DNA from: an uncultured Candidatus Saccharibacteria bacterium
Lineage (GTDB): Bacteria; Patescibacteriota; Dojkabacteria; CAZCSM01
Assembly: GCA_964501355.1 (NCBI GenBank)
Contig: CAZCSM010000001.1
Coordinates: forward strand, 10,873 to 74,872
Length of the DNA stretch: 64,000 nucleotides
Direction: 5' to 3'
The first letter of the stretch is position 1. Each line of letters opens with the position of its first letter. Position numbers and translations under genes: made by a program. The notes below the pieces were generated by a model that was not told the DNA's origin, did no database searches, and was given only the letters and a program-made list of their open reading frames with translations. Shown piece after piece: positions 17,322-27,473 of this stretch.

Positions 17322-19445
17322 ATGATGAAAAAAACTGCCCGATTGCGCAAAATTTTTGCGTATACCGCAAGTATCTCCCTGGTACTGGCAAATTTTCTGG
17401 GATTACTTGCGCCAATTAGTGTTTTTCCGGTTGAAAAAGCTTTTGCAAACGGTGATGGTCTCGTTGTTACTAAAACTGTTAATAATACAGATGTCTGGAG
17501 AGATCTTCCTGAGGATCGTCTCGTCGAGTATTCAATTACTGTAGAAAATACTGAGGCTTGTGATGAAGGACCGGTTGATGTAATGCTTGTTATGGATCGA
17601 TCCAGAACTATGGATGATGATACTTATTGTGAAGGTCCACTAGATCCTCTTGCACAAGAGAGTAAGGTTCGTTGTGAATCATATGGAGGAACTTGGTTTT
17701 TACAGCCAATTACTGATTCAAAAGATTCAGCAAAATACTTTGTCGACCTTCTTGATAATACAAAAGATTATGTTGGTCTTGTTTCATATGCTACAACAGC
17801 GAGTTTAGATCACGGTCTCTCTAATGATTACAATGGTGTAAAGATTGCTATAGATGGAATGACAGCCAATGGTTGGACGAATATCGGTCAGGCAATTTCT
17901 CTGGCTCATGCAGAATTTTTACTCAATGGTAGACCCGGAGACCCTGATTATGCAGTACCTGTTATTATTCTAATGACAGATGGTAGAGCTAATGTTGACG
18001 AAGCTGATAATGCAGGACTTGATCCAATACATGAGGCGGCGGGAGAAGCTTATGCTGAAGCAATGGCTGTTTTGGCAAAAGCTGATGGAATTCGTATAAT
18101 TACAATCGGTTTGGGTGATGAAACTAATGAAGATTGGTTACGTGATACGATTGCAACATCTCCATCTGATTATTATCACGCGCCAGATAGTAGTGGACTT
18201 GTGGCAATATATGAAAGTATTCAAGCATCTTTTGGAGGTGACTCAATATCAACTGTTTTAACAGATGATATCAGTGATATTCTTCTTGATGCTGATTTTT
18301 GGTATGCGAGTGATGGTGGTACTTTCGATGGTGTCAATACAGTTACTTGGGATCTTGGAACATTGTTATGCAAGAACGGTGAGTTAACAAGTAAAACTGT
18401 TTACTTTTCTGTTGTGGTACATGATGATGCTCCCGATGGCGATGTAATGGATAATATGGCGGTTACAACAAACCTCGGTGGTTCATCGGCACAAAGTAAT
18501 GTTGTCCACACAACAATTCATGCACTTGATAAAGTAGATGATATAGACCCTGTTGTTCCAGGAGATTTACTAACTTACACAATAGATTGGGCGACGGGAG
18601 ATTATGCGGTTATGGATGCAGTACTCGTGGATTATTTGGATGATAAGGTTAGTTTTTCATCTGCAAGTGATGGCGGTGTTTATGATTCAGTAACACATCA
18701 GGTTGAATGGCATTTAGGAGTTCAGCCTGCACATACATCAGGTCAAGTTACCTTAACGGTTCTCGTAGATAATCCTTGGACTGAAATTGGCGATTACCTT
18801 ATTCATAATGAAGCCGGGCTAACTTTGATTTATGAATTTCCTTTGCAATTTGAATACGAAACAACCGGATTTCCGGGTGAGGAAATAATGATGTATGAAG
18901 ATACGGATGTTGTTGCCGCACCAATTCTTCAAATTACAAAAACAAATAATGCACCGGCGGCCGGTGTCAATCCCAACGGTACAGTTACATTCACAATTGT
19001 CCTTTCAAATGTCGGAAACGAAGGTGCGACAGGTGCAATTATTACGGACACATTACCTACTGGAGTAACTTATGCTGCAGGTAGCAGTATGTTAGATGGT
19101 GTTGCCGTTGCTAACCCGACTGGTACTAATCCATATACTTGGACGGTTGGAGATCTTCCTGCTGGAAGCTCTGTTACATTAACATACAATATTACTGTTA
19201 ATGCGAATGCTACTGCGGGTGCTTACTCAAACATTTCCTTCGGAGATGCAGACGGTGTTGATCCTACCGATGAGGTAACCAGCACGTTTACGGTTATCAT
19301 TCCTTCGGTCTTGGGTGAAGAAACGAAGAAAGAAGAAGGGAAGGTTCTTGGAGCAACCGGTCAAGCTGCAATAGGAATTATTCTCTTAGGAGGATTAATG
19401 ACAATCGGATCTGGTGTTGTATTAAAGAAAAAGAGAGTGGCGTAG
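17322..19445 (+). CDS. Secreted VWA-domain + DUF11-repeat surface protein with C-terminal sortase-type sorting signal (LGATG-TM-KKKR)
   Basis: It has a signal peptide. The VWA MIDAS motif is DVMLVMDRSRTMD...MTDGRANV. DUF11-like segments are present, for example TDTLPTGVTYAAGSS and TVTFTIVLSNVGNEGA. The C-terminus is KVLGATGQAAIGIILLGGLMTIGSGVVLKKKRVA. Confidence 0.7.
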   Translation: MMKKTARLRKIFAYTASISLVLANFLGLLAPISVFPVEKAFANGDGLVVTKTVNNTDVWRDLPEDRLVEYSITVENTEACDEGPVDVMLVMDRSRTMDDDTYCEGPLDPLAQESKVRCESYGGTWFLQPITDSKDSAKYFVDLLDNTKDYVGLVSYATTASLDHGLSNDYNGVKIAIDGMTANGWTNIGQAISLAHAEFLLNGRPGDPDYAVPVIILMTDGRANVDEADNAGLDPIHEAAGEAYAEAMAVLAKADGIRIITIGLGDETNEDWLRDTIATSPSDYYHAPDSSGLVAIYESIQASFGGDSISTVLTDDISDILLDADFWYASDGGTFDGVNTVTWDLGTLLCKNGELTSKTVYFSVVVHDDAPDGDVMDNMAVTTNLGGSSAQSNVVHTTIHALDKVDDIDPVVPGDLLTYTIDWATGDYAVMDAVLVDYLDDKVSFSSASDGGVYDSVTHQVEWHLGVQPAHTSGQVTLTVLVDNPWTEIGDYLIHNEAGLTLIYEFPLQFEYETTGFPGEEIMMYEDTDVVAAPILQITKTNNAPAAGVNPNGTVTFTIVLSNVGNEGATGAIITDTLPTGVTYAAGSSMLDGVAVANPTGTNPYTWTVGDLPAGSSVTLTYNITVNANATAGAYSNISFGDADGVDPTDEVTSTFTVIIPSVLGEETKKEEGKVLGATGQAAIGIILLGGLMTIGSGVVLKKKRVA

Positions 19446-19467
19446 GGAATAGAAGTTGATACTTGTA

Positions 19468-19505
19468 GGGACAGTCCTTGTGGCTGTCCCATTGTTTACA
19501 ATTTC
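19468..19505. terminator. Bidirectional rho-independent terminator (gggacag-tccttgtgg-ctgtccc + T-rich)
   Basis: A 7-bp GC-rich stem lies between the convergent genes 17322..19445 (+) and 19496..20383 (-). Confidence 0.55.
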
Positions 19506-20383
19506 TTTGTTTTTGGAAATCTCAGGAAATCATTTGAAAGTGATATTATTCCAGCAATTATTATAGTTAATAGTAAACCTATTATTAGGCTGCAGGTATT
19601 GTTGCAAATAATTTTTTCCTTGAAATAAGAATAGGACATATATATGGTTACTGCTGTGGATAAATATGTAACAATAACGCCTTCCCAATTGATTTTGAAA
19701 GCTTTTTCTTTTTTGATCCATCTGTTTAGCTCTTCCCAGTGGTTTCTGGCCCCTGATTTGCTATTTCCAATTATTTGACAATGCAGTGTTTCACCATAAT
19801 GTACGAAGAGATTTAACAGAGTCTTCTTCCTAATATCTGAAGCTCTATTGTTGTATGTGTTTATAAAATCATTAAAATCTTGTCCGACTTGTTTATTTTG
19901 GCAATCGTTTAAATATCTAATTAAATCGTTTTCTATATCTATGGATAATTTTATATCAGAGCTAGTTAATTGGTCACGGAAGCTTTGCAAAGACTCTATT
20001 CTTTTAAGATCATAGTGTAGTTGGTTTATTCTACTGATCTCTTGAGAAGGTACATTTGATATTTCTTCTAATAAAGTTGATTCAATTAGTGGTGCAGAAC
20101 CTGTTTTATAGATAATTTTGAAAGGAGATGCATTACGAAACTTTTGTTCTTCCGAGAGGGTTTTATCATAAGGTTGTATCCATAACTCTAAACAATTGAG
20201 TTGTTCTTCGAGCACCTTCATTAAGTGTTCTCTTTTTTCTCGATTTGTTTTCTTCCACTGGTAATAAGCAAAATAGAAGCCAAGCACAGTTACAATTGCA
20301 GAGATAAAATCGATGTCGTTCATTAGTTGAATTATCTTGAATAGTATAATTCGGATTATATATCGGTATTCAATTTCGGGCAA
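19496..20383 (-). CDS. Hypothetical membrane protein (N- and C-terminal TM helices); start likely at internal Met (MNDIDF...)
   Basis: There are hydrophobic helices near both termini. I recognised no domain. Confidence 0.4.
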   Translation of the reverse strand: MPEIEYRYIIRIILFKIIQLMNDIDFISAIVTVLGFYFAYYQWKKTNREKREHLMKVLEEQLNCLELWIQPYDKTLSEEQKFRNASPFKIIYKTGSAPLIESTLLEEISNVPSQEISRINQLHYDLKRIESLQSFRDQLTSSDIKLSIDIENDLIRYLNDCQNKQVGQDFNDFINTYNNRASDIRKKTLLNLFVHYGETLHCQIIGNSKSGARNHWEELNRWIKKEKAFKINWEGVIVTYLSTAVTIYMSYSYFKEKIICNNTCSLIIGLLLTIIIAGIISLSNDFLRFPKTKKL

Positions 20384-20450
20384 ATAAAATGGATTCCCGC
20401 TTTACTTCGACAAGCTCTGTACAAGTCGCGGGAATGACACAAAGTATACA

Positions 20451-20470
20451 CAAAATATTAGGGCGCAAGA
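20451..20470 (-). terminator. Rho-independent terminator for the Kelch-protein operon
   Basis: The hairpin is gggcgcaa gatt ttgcgccc. On the minus strand it lies about 40 nt after the 20510 stop and is followed by taatattttgtg. Confidence 0.55.
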
Positions 20471-20509
20471 TTTTGCGCCCCTACAAAACAAATGATACGA
20501 AATTTTATT

Positions 20510-22714
20510 CTATTCCACCTCCACCGACACAGATCTCAACTCAGGCAAATCTTTCGTTTCCTGATCAATCAGAACAAACTTCAGCTCAATACTGTTATCT
20601 CCAATTTCAGAGAGAGAGTAGGGTGGTGCCACAAGAGTCCATTCCATATTTGGTAATTCTGTGACATTTTCTCCGCTACGAATAAAGGCCTCAATCTCGG
20701 ATGTTGATCCATTCAAAGAACTGATAACAAATTTCCTCCACGATTTTGATTCATCCTTCGCGAAGAAGATGTTCGATATTTCATTTTTACATGGACATTC
20801 TGAATAGAAAGTGTTTTCCGTCCAAATGTCATAAATATTGATTCGTACAGTTTCTTCTAACGCATTAAGTTTGAATCCAAGGAATCGTACGCTATTCTTA
20901 TCTTCCGCAGCAACATTGCTGATATCAATAACAATCTCTTTCCATAATTCCTTTTGTTCAATATTTAAATCAAAGATGTTTTCCGCTGCGGCAATTTCTC
21001 CGAAGCCGAATGAAATATCGGGGTTGTCCTCCGTGCTATAAATTTGAAGCTTCAACTGATCTGTTTGAGACAAATCCAAACTTGGAATTTCTCTGCTAAT
21101 CCATTCCCCGACTGCTGACTCATTTACAAATTCAATTTGCGTAGAAGGCCTTCCGCCTCGTCTAACATTGTTATTTTGACTAATTATGACAGGATATTCT
21201 TCGGGAACAAACTGGACAATTTGATCTGGATTTTCATTTCCTCCAATTAACAAAATTCCATCATTTGTTGAGGCAATTGAATAATTCCCAATCTTCATCG
21301 TGCTTCCGATTGTCGTCCAAGAATTTGACTTGGTGTCAAAAACATCAATTTGTTCAACAGGAATATTTTTCGAGTCGTATCCACCAATTACATAAATCTT
21401 GTCTTTATACAGCACAGAATTGTGAGCCCACCTTGGCGTTGGGAGATTTGCAATCATGAACCATTTATTTTGTGCTTCATCGTAAACCTCACCTGTCCCT
21501 AAAACATTTTCTCCGTCCCATCCTCCAAAAACATAAATTCGGTTATTCCAAGTTGTTGCAGAATGAAAATTACGATGTGTAGACATTCCCTGTACTTCCT
21601 TCCAAATTCCGTCTTCATATTTTTCAACACTGTTAATCTGGTTTGTTCCGTTATACCCACCCAAAGCATAAACTGCATTATTTAGTTTTACCAAAGCAAA
21701 GTTTTCCCTTGGACTAATCATCGATTCAACTTGTCTCCAATCATCAATTTCCGGATCATATTGAAATGTGGAATTAGAGACTTCGTTATCTATTCTTCCG
21801 CCCACAAGCATAATTAAGCCTTCGACTTCTGACAATTGATGATTATAAACCGGAGCCGGAATTGGAGATAGTTCACTAATGCTTATATTATCATCAGTTT
21901 TATAAAATACAGTTTGTGCTTGGCTTTCCAGATTTATTCCACCGGCGCAATAGACCGCATCTTCAAAAAGTGCGCAGCTATCATTTTTTACATTTTCTTT
22001 CTCAAATACTTTCTCGATTGACGCTTGTGTTGAGGTTGATGAAACTTTCCATTGTTTATAACTTCCTTCTTCGGGGATGGCTACTGCAGTTGCACCTTCC
22101 GCCCCAATTGTTCCGGGCTTTTTCCATATAAATACTTCATTATCAGTAAATTCAACATAAGCTTTTTTTTCCAGTAGGTAATCAGAGTCCTCATCTCGAA
22201 CCATTATTTCTTTTACGCCTGCTTTGTCGGAACTGATTTGTGCATGTATTTTCCCATTAACACTAGTTGTTCCATCAGTTTGGCTCAAACTAACATTTTC
22301 TCCACTGGCAATTATCGATACGTTTCTATTTTTAATCGGATTGAAGTCCTCATCCAAAAGTGTGATTTCAACTTCCGCTGAGTTATCAACCCCTGTGTTT
22401 AATAGATTTGGTGTAATAATTATTCTTGAATTTACTGAAGATGGGGGAGTGAATTCAAATTCCTGTCCTCGTCCCGGTTGTTTTGGCGCCGCAATTGGAA
22501 GCATTATCCCGACAAATAATCCAATTGCAAGTCCAAAAAGTAAACCCCAGTGTACGGAATTTGAGTATTTGTAACTTGTCCATTTCCAATAAGCAGGATT
22601 TCTAAGGAGAAGGGTTTGCCATTTACTGACTGTACGATTTTGAAGATTCGCTAGTCGTTCGTAGAAGTTTGATGCATAGATTTTGTTTATTAATTCCTTA
22701 AATTTCTCATTCAT
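20510..22714 (-). CDS. Membrane-anchored Kelch-repeat beta-propeller protein with N-terminal Ig-like region
   Basis: The TM helix is HWGLLFGLAIGLFVGIMLPIAAP. Repeated Kelch motifs are present (VYALGGYNG...IYVFGGWDG...IYVIGGYDS). Confidence 0.7.
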   Translation of the reverse strand: MNEKFKELINKIYASNFYERLANLQNRTVSKWQTLLLRNPAYWKWTSYKYSNSVHWGLLFGLAIGLFVGIMLPIAAPKQPGRGQEFEFTPPSSVNSRIIITPNLLNTGVDNSAEVEITLLDEDFNPIKNRNVSIIASGENVSLSQTDGTTSVNGKIHAQISSDKAGVKEIMVRDEDSDYLLEKKAYVEFTDNEVFIWKKPGTIGAEGATAVAIPEEGSYKQWKVSSTSTQASIEKVFEKENVKNDSCALFEDAVYCAGGINLESQAQTVFYKTDDNISISELSPIPAPVYNHQLSEVEGLIMLVGGRIDNEVSNSTFQYDPEIDDWRQVESMISPRENFALVKLNNAVYALGGYNGTNQINSVEKYEDGIWKEVQGMSTHRNFHSATTWNNRIYVFGGWDGENVLGTGEVYDEAQNKWFMIANLPTPRWAHNSVLYKDKIYVIGGYDSKNIPVEQIDVFDTKSNSWTTIGSTMKIGNYSIASTNDGILLIGGNENPDQIVQFVPEEYPVIISQNNNVRRGGRPSTQIEFVNESAVGEWISREIPSLDLSQTDQLKLQIYSTEDNPDISFGFGEIAAAENIFDLNIEQKELWKEIVIDISNVAAEDKNSVRFLGFKLNALEETVRINIYDIWTENTFYSECPCKNEISNIFFAKDESKSWRKFVISSLNGSTSEIEAFIRSGENVTELPNMEWTLVAPPYSLSEIGDNSIELKFVLIDQETKDLPELRSVSVEVE

Positions 22715-23115
22715 CCCTTGGCTTTTGTAAATCGGGCAATAGTAGATCTGATCTTATTAATAACCTCCGTTGGTGTCATATTCGCTTTGACGATGTAATC
22801 ATCTTCTCCGATACCAAGTTCAATAGCTTGGTCAATATCTTCTTTTTGTCCAAGATTGGAAAGAATTAATATCGGAGCCCTCTTATACTCATTCGAGCTA
22901 TTATAAACCCTTATCATCTCAAAGCCGTCCATTTCCGGCATCATAAGGTCAAGGAGCACAACATCGTACTGTTTTGCTTTAAGCTTATCCAATCCTTCCT
23001 TTCCGTTAAGCGCGATATCTACAATAAACCCTTCTTTTTCTAGTTTAATAACATACATCTTAACCAGCATCTGATCATCCTCTACAAGCAATATCGTGCT
23101 ATTTATTGTTTCCAT
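22711..23115 (-). CDS. Single-domain (CheY-like) response regulator
   Basis: The motifs are ILLVEDD, DVVLLDLMMPEMDG, ILSNLG and VKA; there is no output domain. Confidence 0.8.
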   Translation of the reverse strand: METINSTILLVEDDQMLVKMYVIKLEKEGFIVDIALNGKEGLDKLKAKQYDVVLLDLMMPEMDGFEMIRVYNSSNEYKRAPILILSNLGQKEDIDQAIELGIGEDDYIVKANMTPTEVINKIRSTIARFTKAKG

Positions 23116-23494
23116 TATGTCTTTCTAGTTCTAGTTGAATATATTTAATAAGGGCATCAGGAGTTGTTTCGCTTTTAATCAAGTAACTACTTGCTCCAAG
23201 CCCAAGCGCTTTCTTCAACGCAATAACTTCGGGAAGAACCGTAAACATTATGACCGGAATATTTTTTAACTTTGGATTTGCCTTTATTTCCTTCAAAACT
23301 TCCAAACCGCTTATATCTGGAAGCATGATATCAAGAAGGATAATATTGGGCATAAATCCCTCAATCATTTCGGCGGCAACTTTTCCAATTGTTGAGGAAT
23401 TAACGTCGTAGCCTTCCTTCTTCAACTTAATTGTGTACATTCGCACCAAAGATATATCATCTTCAACAATGAATACTTTTGCCGAGTTCTCCAC
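23099..23494 (-). CDS. Single-domain (CheY-like) response regulator
   Basis: The motifs are VFIVEDD, IILLDIMLPDISG and IMFTVL; there is no output domain. Confidence 0.8.
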   Translation of the reverse strand: MENSAKVFIVEDDISLVRMYTIKLKKEGYDVNSSTIGKVAAEMIEGFMPNIILLDIMLPDISGLEVLKEIKANPKLKNIPVIMFTVLPEVIALKKALGLGASSYLIKSETTPDALIKYIQLELERHNGNNK

Positions 23495-23557
23495 TATGTT
23501 TAATTTTTCTATAATTTATTTAGAAAATATACCAATTGATTATTAATCAATCTTAAG

Positions 23558-24742
23558 TCAATCCTTACTCTTTTCTATCCTCTTCTTTTTTGCAATCGGA
23601 ACAGTAAAAGAGAATGTTGATCCTACACCGACTTTTGATTCGACCGAAATTTTGCCACCCATTCCTTCTACGATATTCTTAGATATATAAAGTCCAAGAC
23701 CTGATCCGCCTTTGGGACGACTGAGAGCATGTGCGACCTGGTAGAATTTGTGAAAGATGCGACCTTGTTCATCTTCCGGGATTCCAATTCCCGTGTCTTC
23801 AATAGAGGTTTCTAGAAAATCTCCTTTGACCTCTGCCCGGATTGTCACTTTTCCTTTTTCGGTAAACTTAACTGCATTTTCAACAAGATTCTGAACAACC
23901 TGTTGATATCTTTTGAAGTCAACAACCATTTCAAGATTTTTATCAATCTTCGTTTCAAGGATTAATTCATCGGAATCTTCATCCGCCATCGGCTTCATTC
24001 GCTCATAGGATTCTGTGATTACAGGCAGAACCTTAACTTTTTTAATATCAAATTGCATTCTTTTCTGCTCAATTCGGGAAACATCAAGCATGTCATTAAC
24101 AAGTTCGACAAGTCTTTCGTTGCTCTGGTAAACCTCTTGCAGAAAAGATTTTACTTCTTCATTTATTTCTCCAGCGTCCCCGTCAAGAATCATTGATAAG
24201 TAACCTTTGATTGAAGTCATTGGTGTTCTGAGCTCGTGAGAAGCAATAGAGATAAACTCATTCTTTAATTCATCAAGTTGCCGTAGTTCTTTGTTCGCAT
24301 TTTTCAAACTATCTTGTGTATGAGTCATATCTTCAAGTAGATTTAGAACAGCACTTTTTACATTCTCAAGCTCCTCGTTTTTCTCTTTTAACTCGTTTTC
24401 GGCAATTTTCGAATTGGTGATATCTTGTCCGCATAGAATGTATCTGTCCTTCTGAATTCTTGTGAAATAACCTCTTACCCAGACTTCTTTCCCATCGACT
24501 GAAAAGTTTACTTCCAATGGATTTCTAACCAATAAGGCCGGGGAACTCTTTACGAGATCTTGAATTATCTGCTTCGTCTCCTCAGTTGAAACACCATTAA
24601 TAGACTTCTTTTCTTTTAAGACATCTTTAAAAGTATCATTAGAATCTATAATATTTAAATCCGAATCTACCAGCGCGATTACGGCCGCAATAATATTTAT
24701 TATCTCGTCGATTTGATTTAACTTTTCATATGAATTTTCCAT
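23558..24742 (-). CDS. Cytoplasmic PAS-like sensor histidine kinase (HisKA + HATPase_c)
   Basis: The H-box is SHELRTPMTSIKGY. The C-terminal G-boxes are EDTGIGIP and GGSGLGLYISKNIVEGMGG. There is no TM helix. Confidence 0.8.
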   Translation of the reverse strand: MENSYEKLNQIDEIINIIAAVIALVDSDLNIIDSNDTFKDVLKEKKSINGVSTEETKQIIQDLVKSSPALLVRNPLEVNFSVDGKEVWVRGYFTRIQKDRYILCGQDITNSKIAENELKEKNEELENVKSAVLNLLEDMTHTQDSLKNANKELRQLDELKNEFISIASHELRTPMTSIKGYLSMILDGDAGEINEEVKSFLQEVYQSNERLVELVNDMLDVSRIEQKRMQFDIKKVKVLPVITESYERMKPMADEDSDELILETKIDKNLEMVVDFKRYQQVVQNLVENAVKFTEKGKVTIRAEVKGDFLETSIEDTGIGIPEDEQGRIFHKFYQVAHALSRPKGGSGLGLYISKNIVEGMGGKISVESKVGVGSTFSFTVPIAKKKRIEKSKD

Positions 24743-24760
24743 AGGTGTTATTCTTGAAAG

Positions 24761-25453
24761 TTATTTTCCTCTCGCAAAAGCTAAACAAATTATTCTCCTT
24801 GCTCCACTTGATTTAAGTGCTTTCGTTGCCTCCTCGAAAGTAGAACCGGAAGTTGTTAAGTCGTCCAGCAAAATGATTTTTTGTGGTATTTTGGACTTAA
24901 AACTTACTTGGAAGGCTTCTTCCAAGTTTGCCTTTCTTTCTTTTTTATTCAATTCATGCTGTGGTCTTGTATTTTTAGTTCGTGTTAAAAGACCTCTTGT
25001 TTCCAATTGTAAGTCTTTTGATAATGCTTTTGCAACTAATTCCACCTGATTATAGCCTCGAATCATTAAGCGTTTCTTATGTAAAGGTATCGGACAGATT
25101 ATATAATCTGTAAAATCAAAGCTCTTCAGTTTTTTCATAATCAAATCAGCAATAGTTTGTGCAAACATCTTTCCGTTTCGATATTTCAGTCTGTGAATAA
25201 TTTCCTTTTCCAGTTTTCCATATTCATTAACAACAATGAGTTGATCGGGAAAATATTCGCTTCTACATTTTTTGTGAGTAACTCCATTTTTTGAAAACTT
25301 ACTACATACAAAACATCGCTGCTTACCATATTCAGAAAAATCTTTTCTACAATCATCACAAATTATTGTTCCGGGAATTCCACATTTGATACAAAATTGC
25401 GGAAACAGAAAGTCGAGAAAACTCTCGAAAATCTCAATTGCGACGTCTTTCAT
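24761..25453 (-). CDS. comF: ComF-family protein (zinc-finger + phosphoribosyltransferase fold)
   Basis: N-terminal Cys pairs are CIKCG...CDDC and CFVCS...HKKC. The PRTase motif is ILLDDLTTSGSTF. Confidence 0.65.
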   Translation of the reverse strand: MKDVAIEIFESFLDFLFPQFCIKCGIPGTIICDDCRKDFSEYGKQRCFVCSKFSKNGVTHKKCRSEYFPDQLIVVNEYGKLEKEIIHRLKYRNGKMFAQTIADLIMKKLKSFDFTDYIICPIPLHKKRLMIRGYNQVELVAKALSKDLQLETRGLLTRTKNTRPQHELNKKERKANLEEAFQVSFKSKIPQKIILLDDLTTSGSTFEEATKALKSSGARRIICLAFARGK

Positions 25454-25623
25454 AATTCAACTATCCGTTTTTGATGATAATTGTTTAACAATACTTATCA
25501 TCTTATATTCGAATAATTAAGTTCTTCTAATTTCATTCTCGGGAAAATCTCTACATATAATATATTTAGAATTATTTAAATAGAACTGGCTACAATCAGT
25601 GAATAATTTAGCAATACCGAAAG

Positions 25624-26469
25624 ATGAAACTTCAAGGAAAAGGAATTGTAATTACGGGTGGTTCTAGCGGAATAGGTAAGTCGGTTGCTCTTCGATGCGC
25701 GAAAGATGGTGCGAAAGTTTTAGTCGCGGCAAGAGACGAAAAGAAACTACAGGAAGTTGTCACTGAAATAAATGCGGCCGGAGGTGAAGGCTATTATTTT
25801 GTAATGGATGTCACAAAACCGGAGACGGTGAAAGCTATGTTTGATTATGCATATGAGAAAATGGGTTGTTTGCACATAGTTTTCAATAATGCCGGACTTG
25901 GTTTCGTCAAAAGAATTTACGAATTGACAGATGACGAAATTCAAAAAATGGTTACGGTTAACGTCCTTGGAATTACATATGTTGCAAAATATGCTGCACA
26001 AATGTTCAAACAGTTGGGTGGCGGACATCTAATAAATACCTCTTCACTTGCGGGATTAATCACGGTTCCTCAATGGTCTGTATATTGTGCAACCAAGTGG
26101 GCGGTGACAGGATTAACAGAATCAATTCGACAGGAACTCAAGCCATTCAACATCAAGGTTTCCTCTCTTCATCCCGGCGCTGTGAAGACCGAATTCTTTG
26201 CGAAGGATAAAGCCAATATCGACTTGTCACAGCTTGGGGATGCTATTTCTCCGGAGGAGGTTGCAGAAGAAGTTTATAATGCAATGCTTACGGATACTCG
26301 AAAGATTGTTGTTCCGTCTATGGCAAAGAGTTATACCTTCCTGTACAAATTTGTTCCGGGGTTAACGGAGAAGATGATGGAAAACCTAACCAAGGATGTT
26401 CAATACAACACCGAGCCTGCGGAAAGCGCTTTCGGGTATGTAAAACCTTGTCCTGCTTGTGAAGAATAA
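25624..26469 (+). CDS. SDR-family oxidoreductase
   Basis: The classical SDR motifs TGGSSGIGK, NNAG and YCATKWAV (YxxxK) are present. Confidence 0.85.
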   Translation: MKLQGKGIVITGGSSGIGKSVALRCAKDGAKVLVAARDEKKLQEVVTEINAAGGEGYYFVMDVTKPETVKAMFDYAYEKMGCLHIVFNNAGLGFVKRIYELTDDEIQKMVTVNVLGITYVAKYAAQMFKQLGGGHLINTSSLAGLITVPQWSVYCATKWAVTGLTESIRQELKPFNIKVSSLHPGAVKTEFFAKDKANIDLSQLGDAISPEEVAEEVYNAMLTDTRKIVVPSMAKSYTFLYKFVPGLTEKMMENLTKDVQYNTEPAESAFGYVKPCPACEE

Positions 26470-26555
26470 TATTGTGTAAAGTTGTGCTACATGGAACAAT
26501 ATTGGACTATGTGGTACCTTCCTTCTTTTCTTGCAAGGAACGGCAACTGAGTTAT

Positions 26556-27473
26556 TCAGTTTTCATTGTTCTTAAACAAATTCAAAAATTTTTGTATCTC
26601 TTTTTGCAAATCGGTCTTGACAGTGCTTAATTCTTTTTCTTCTTTTGAATCATCCCTTTCAAAAGGATCTATACGAATATTTGTATTTAAGATTTTTTTG
26701 TATCTTTCATTTAACTCATCAAGATTCTTTTCAAACTTAATCAGGTTCTTATCGAACTTTTTTATTTTAATATCATCATATTTTGCAAACTCGTATTCTT
26801 GCAGGTTCGGAATGAGGCCTTTTGTAATATTGGTAATTTCCGAAAATGCATATTTCTTCATCAATCCTAGGCGACCCTCCTTATCAAGCCTCCGGGTACT
26901 TAATAATATATAAGTGCTGCGGAGAACTCTTAAATTTCTAAATTCTGACGCTCTCTGTACGAAATCGTGATCTTCGCTTAGTTGTAACGATTCATCAAAC
27001 CCACCAACTCTGTTGAACAATCTTCTGGAAACCATAATGCATGCACCACCAGAGTGTGGAGTAGGGGTAAATTGATATATTTTAATAAAGAGATTAGAGA
27101 AACTATGTAACACTTTATCAAATCTCAGCTCTGAAGCAGGGATGAATTCACAAGTTGCTAAATCTAAAAATCTTTCCTCAATCTCTTCCGTTGCATTTTT
27201 AAGAAAACCTTCCGGAAGTTCAACATCCGCATCGATGAAGAAGAGAAAGTCCCCTGTTGCAACCCTCGCTCCATTATTTCTACCGACAGCAGGCTTTCCG
27301 CCTTCAACAATTTTTGCTCCATATTGTAATGCTGCATCTCTTGTATTATCGGTAGAGTTTGAATCGGCAACGATTACTTCATAATTTTCGAATCCCTGCC
27401 GTTTGATGCTTTCAAGTAGCGTTGGTAGGTATTTACCTTCATTAAGAGTTGGAACAATTATTGAAATCTTCAT
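26556..27473 (-). CDS. Family 2 glycosyltransferase (paralog 1 of 3)
   Basis: The motifs are MKISIIVPTLNEGKYLPTLLESI and FIDADVELP, which contains the DxD motif. Confidence 0.75.
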   Translation of the reverse strand: MKISIIVPTLNEGKYLPTLLESIKRQGFENYEVIVADSNSTDNTRDAALQYGAKIVEGGKPAVGRNNGARVATGDFLFFIDADVELPEGFLKNATEEIEERFLDLATCEFIPASELRFDKVLHSFSNLFIKIYQFTPTPHSGGACIMVSRRLFNRVGGFDESLQLSEDHDFVQRASEFRNLRVLRSTYILLSTRRLDKEGRLGLMKKYAFSEITNITKGLIPNLQEYEFAKYDDIKIKKFDKNLIKFEKNLDELNERYKKILNTNIRIDPFERDDSKEEKELSTVKTDLQKEIQKFLNLFKNNEN

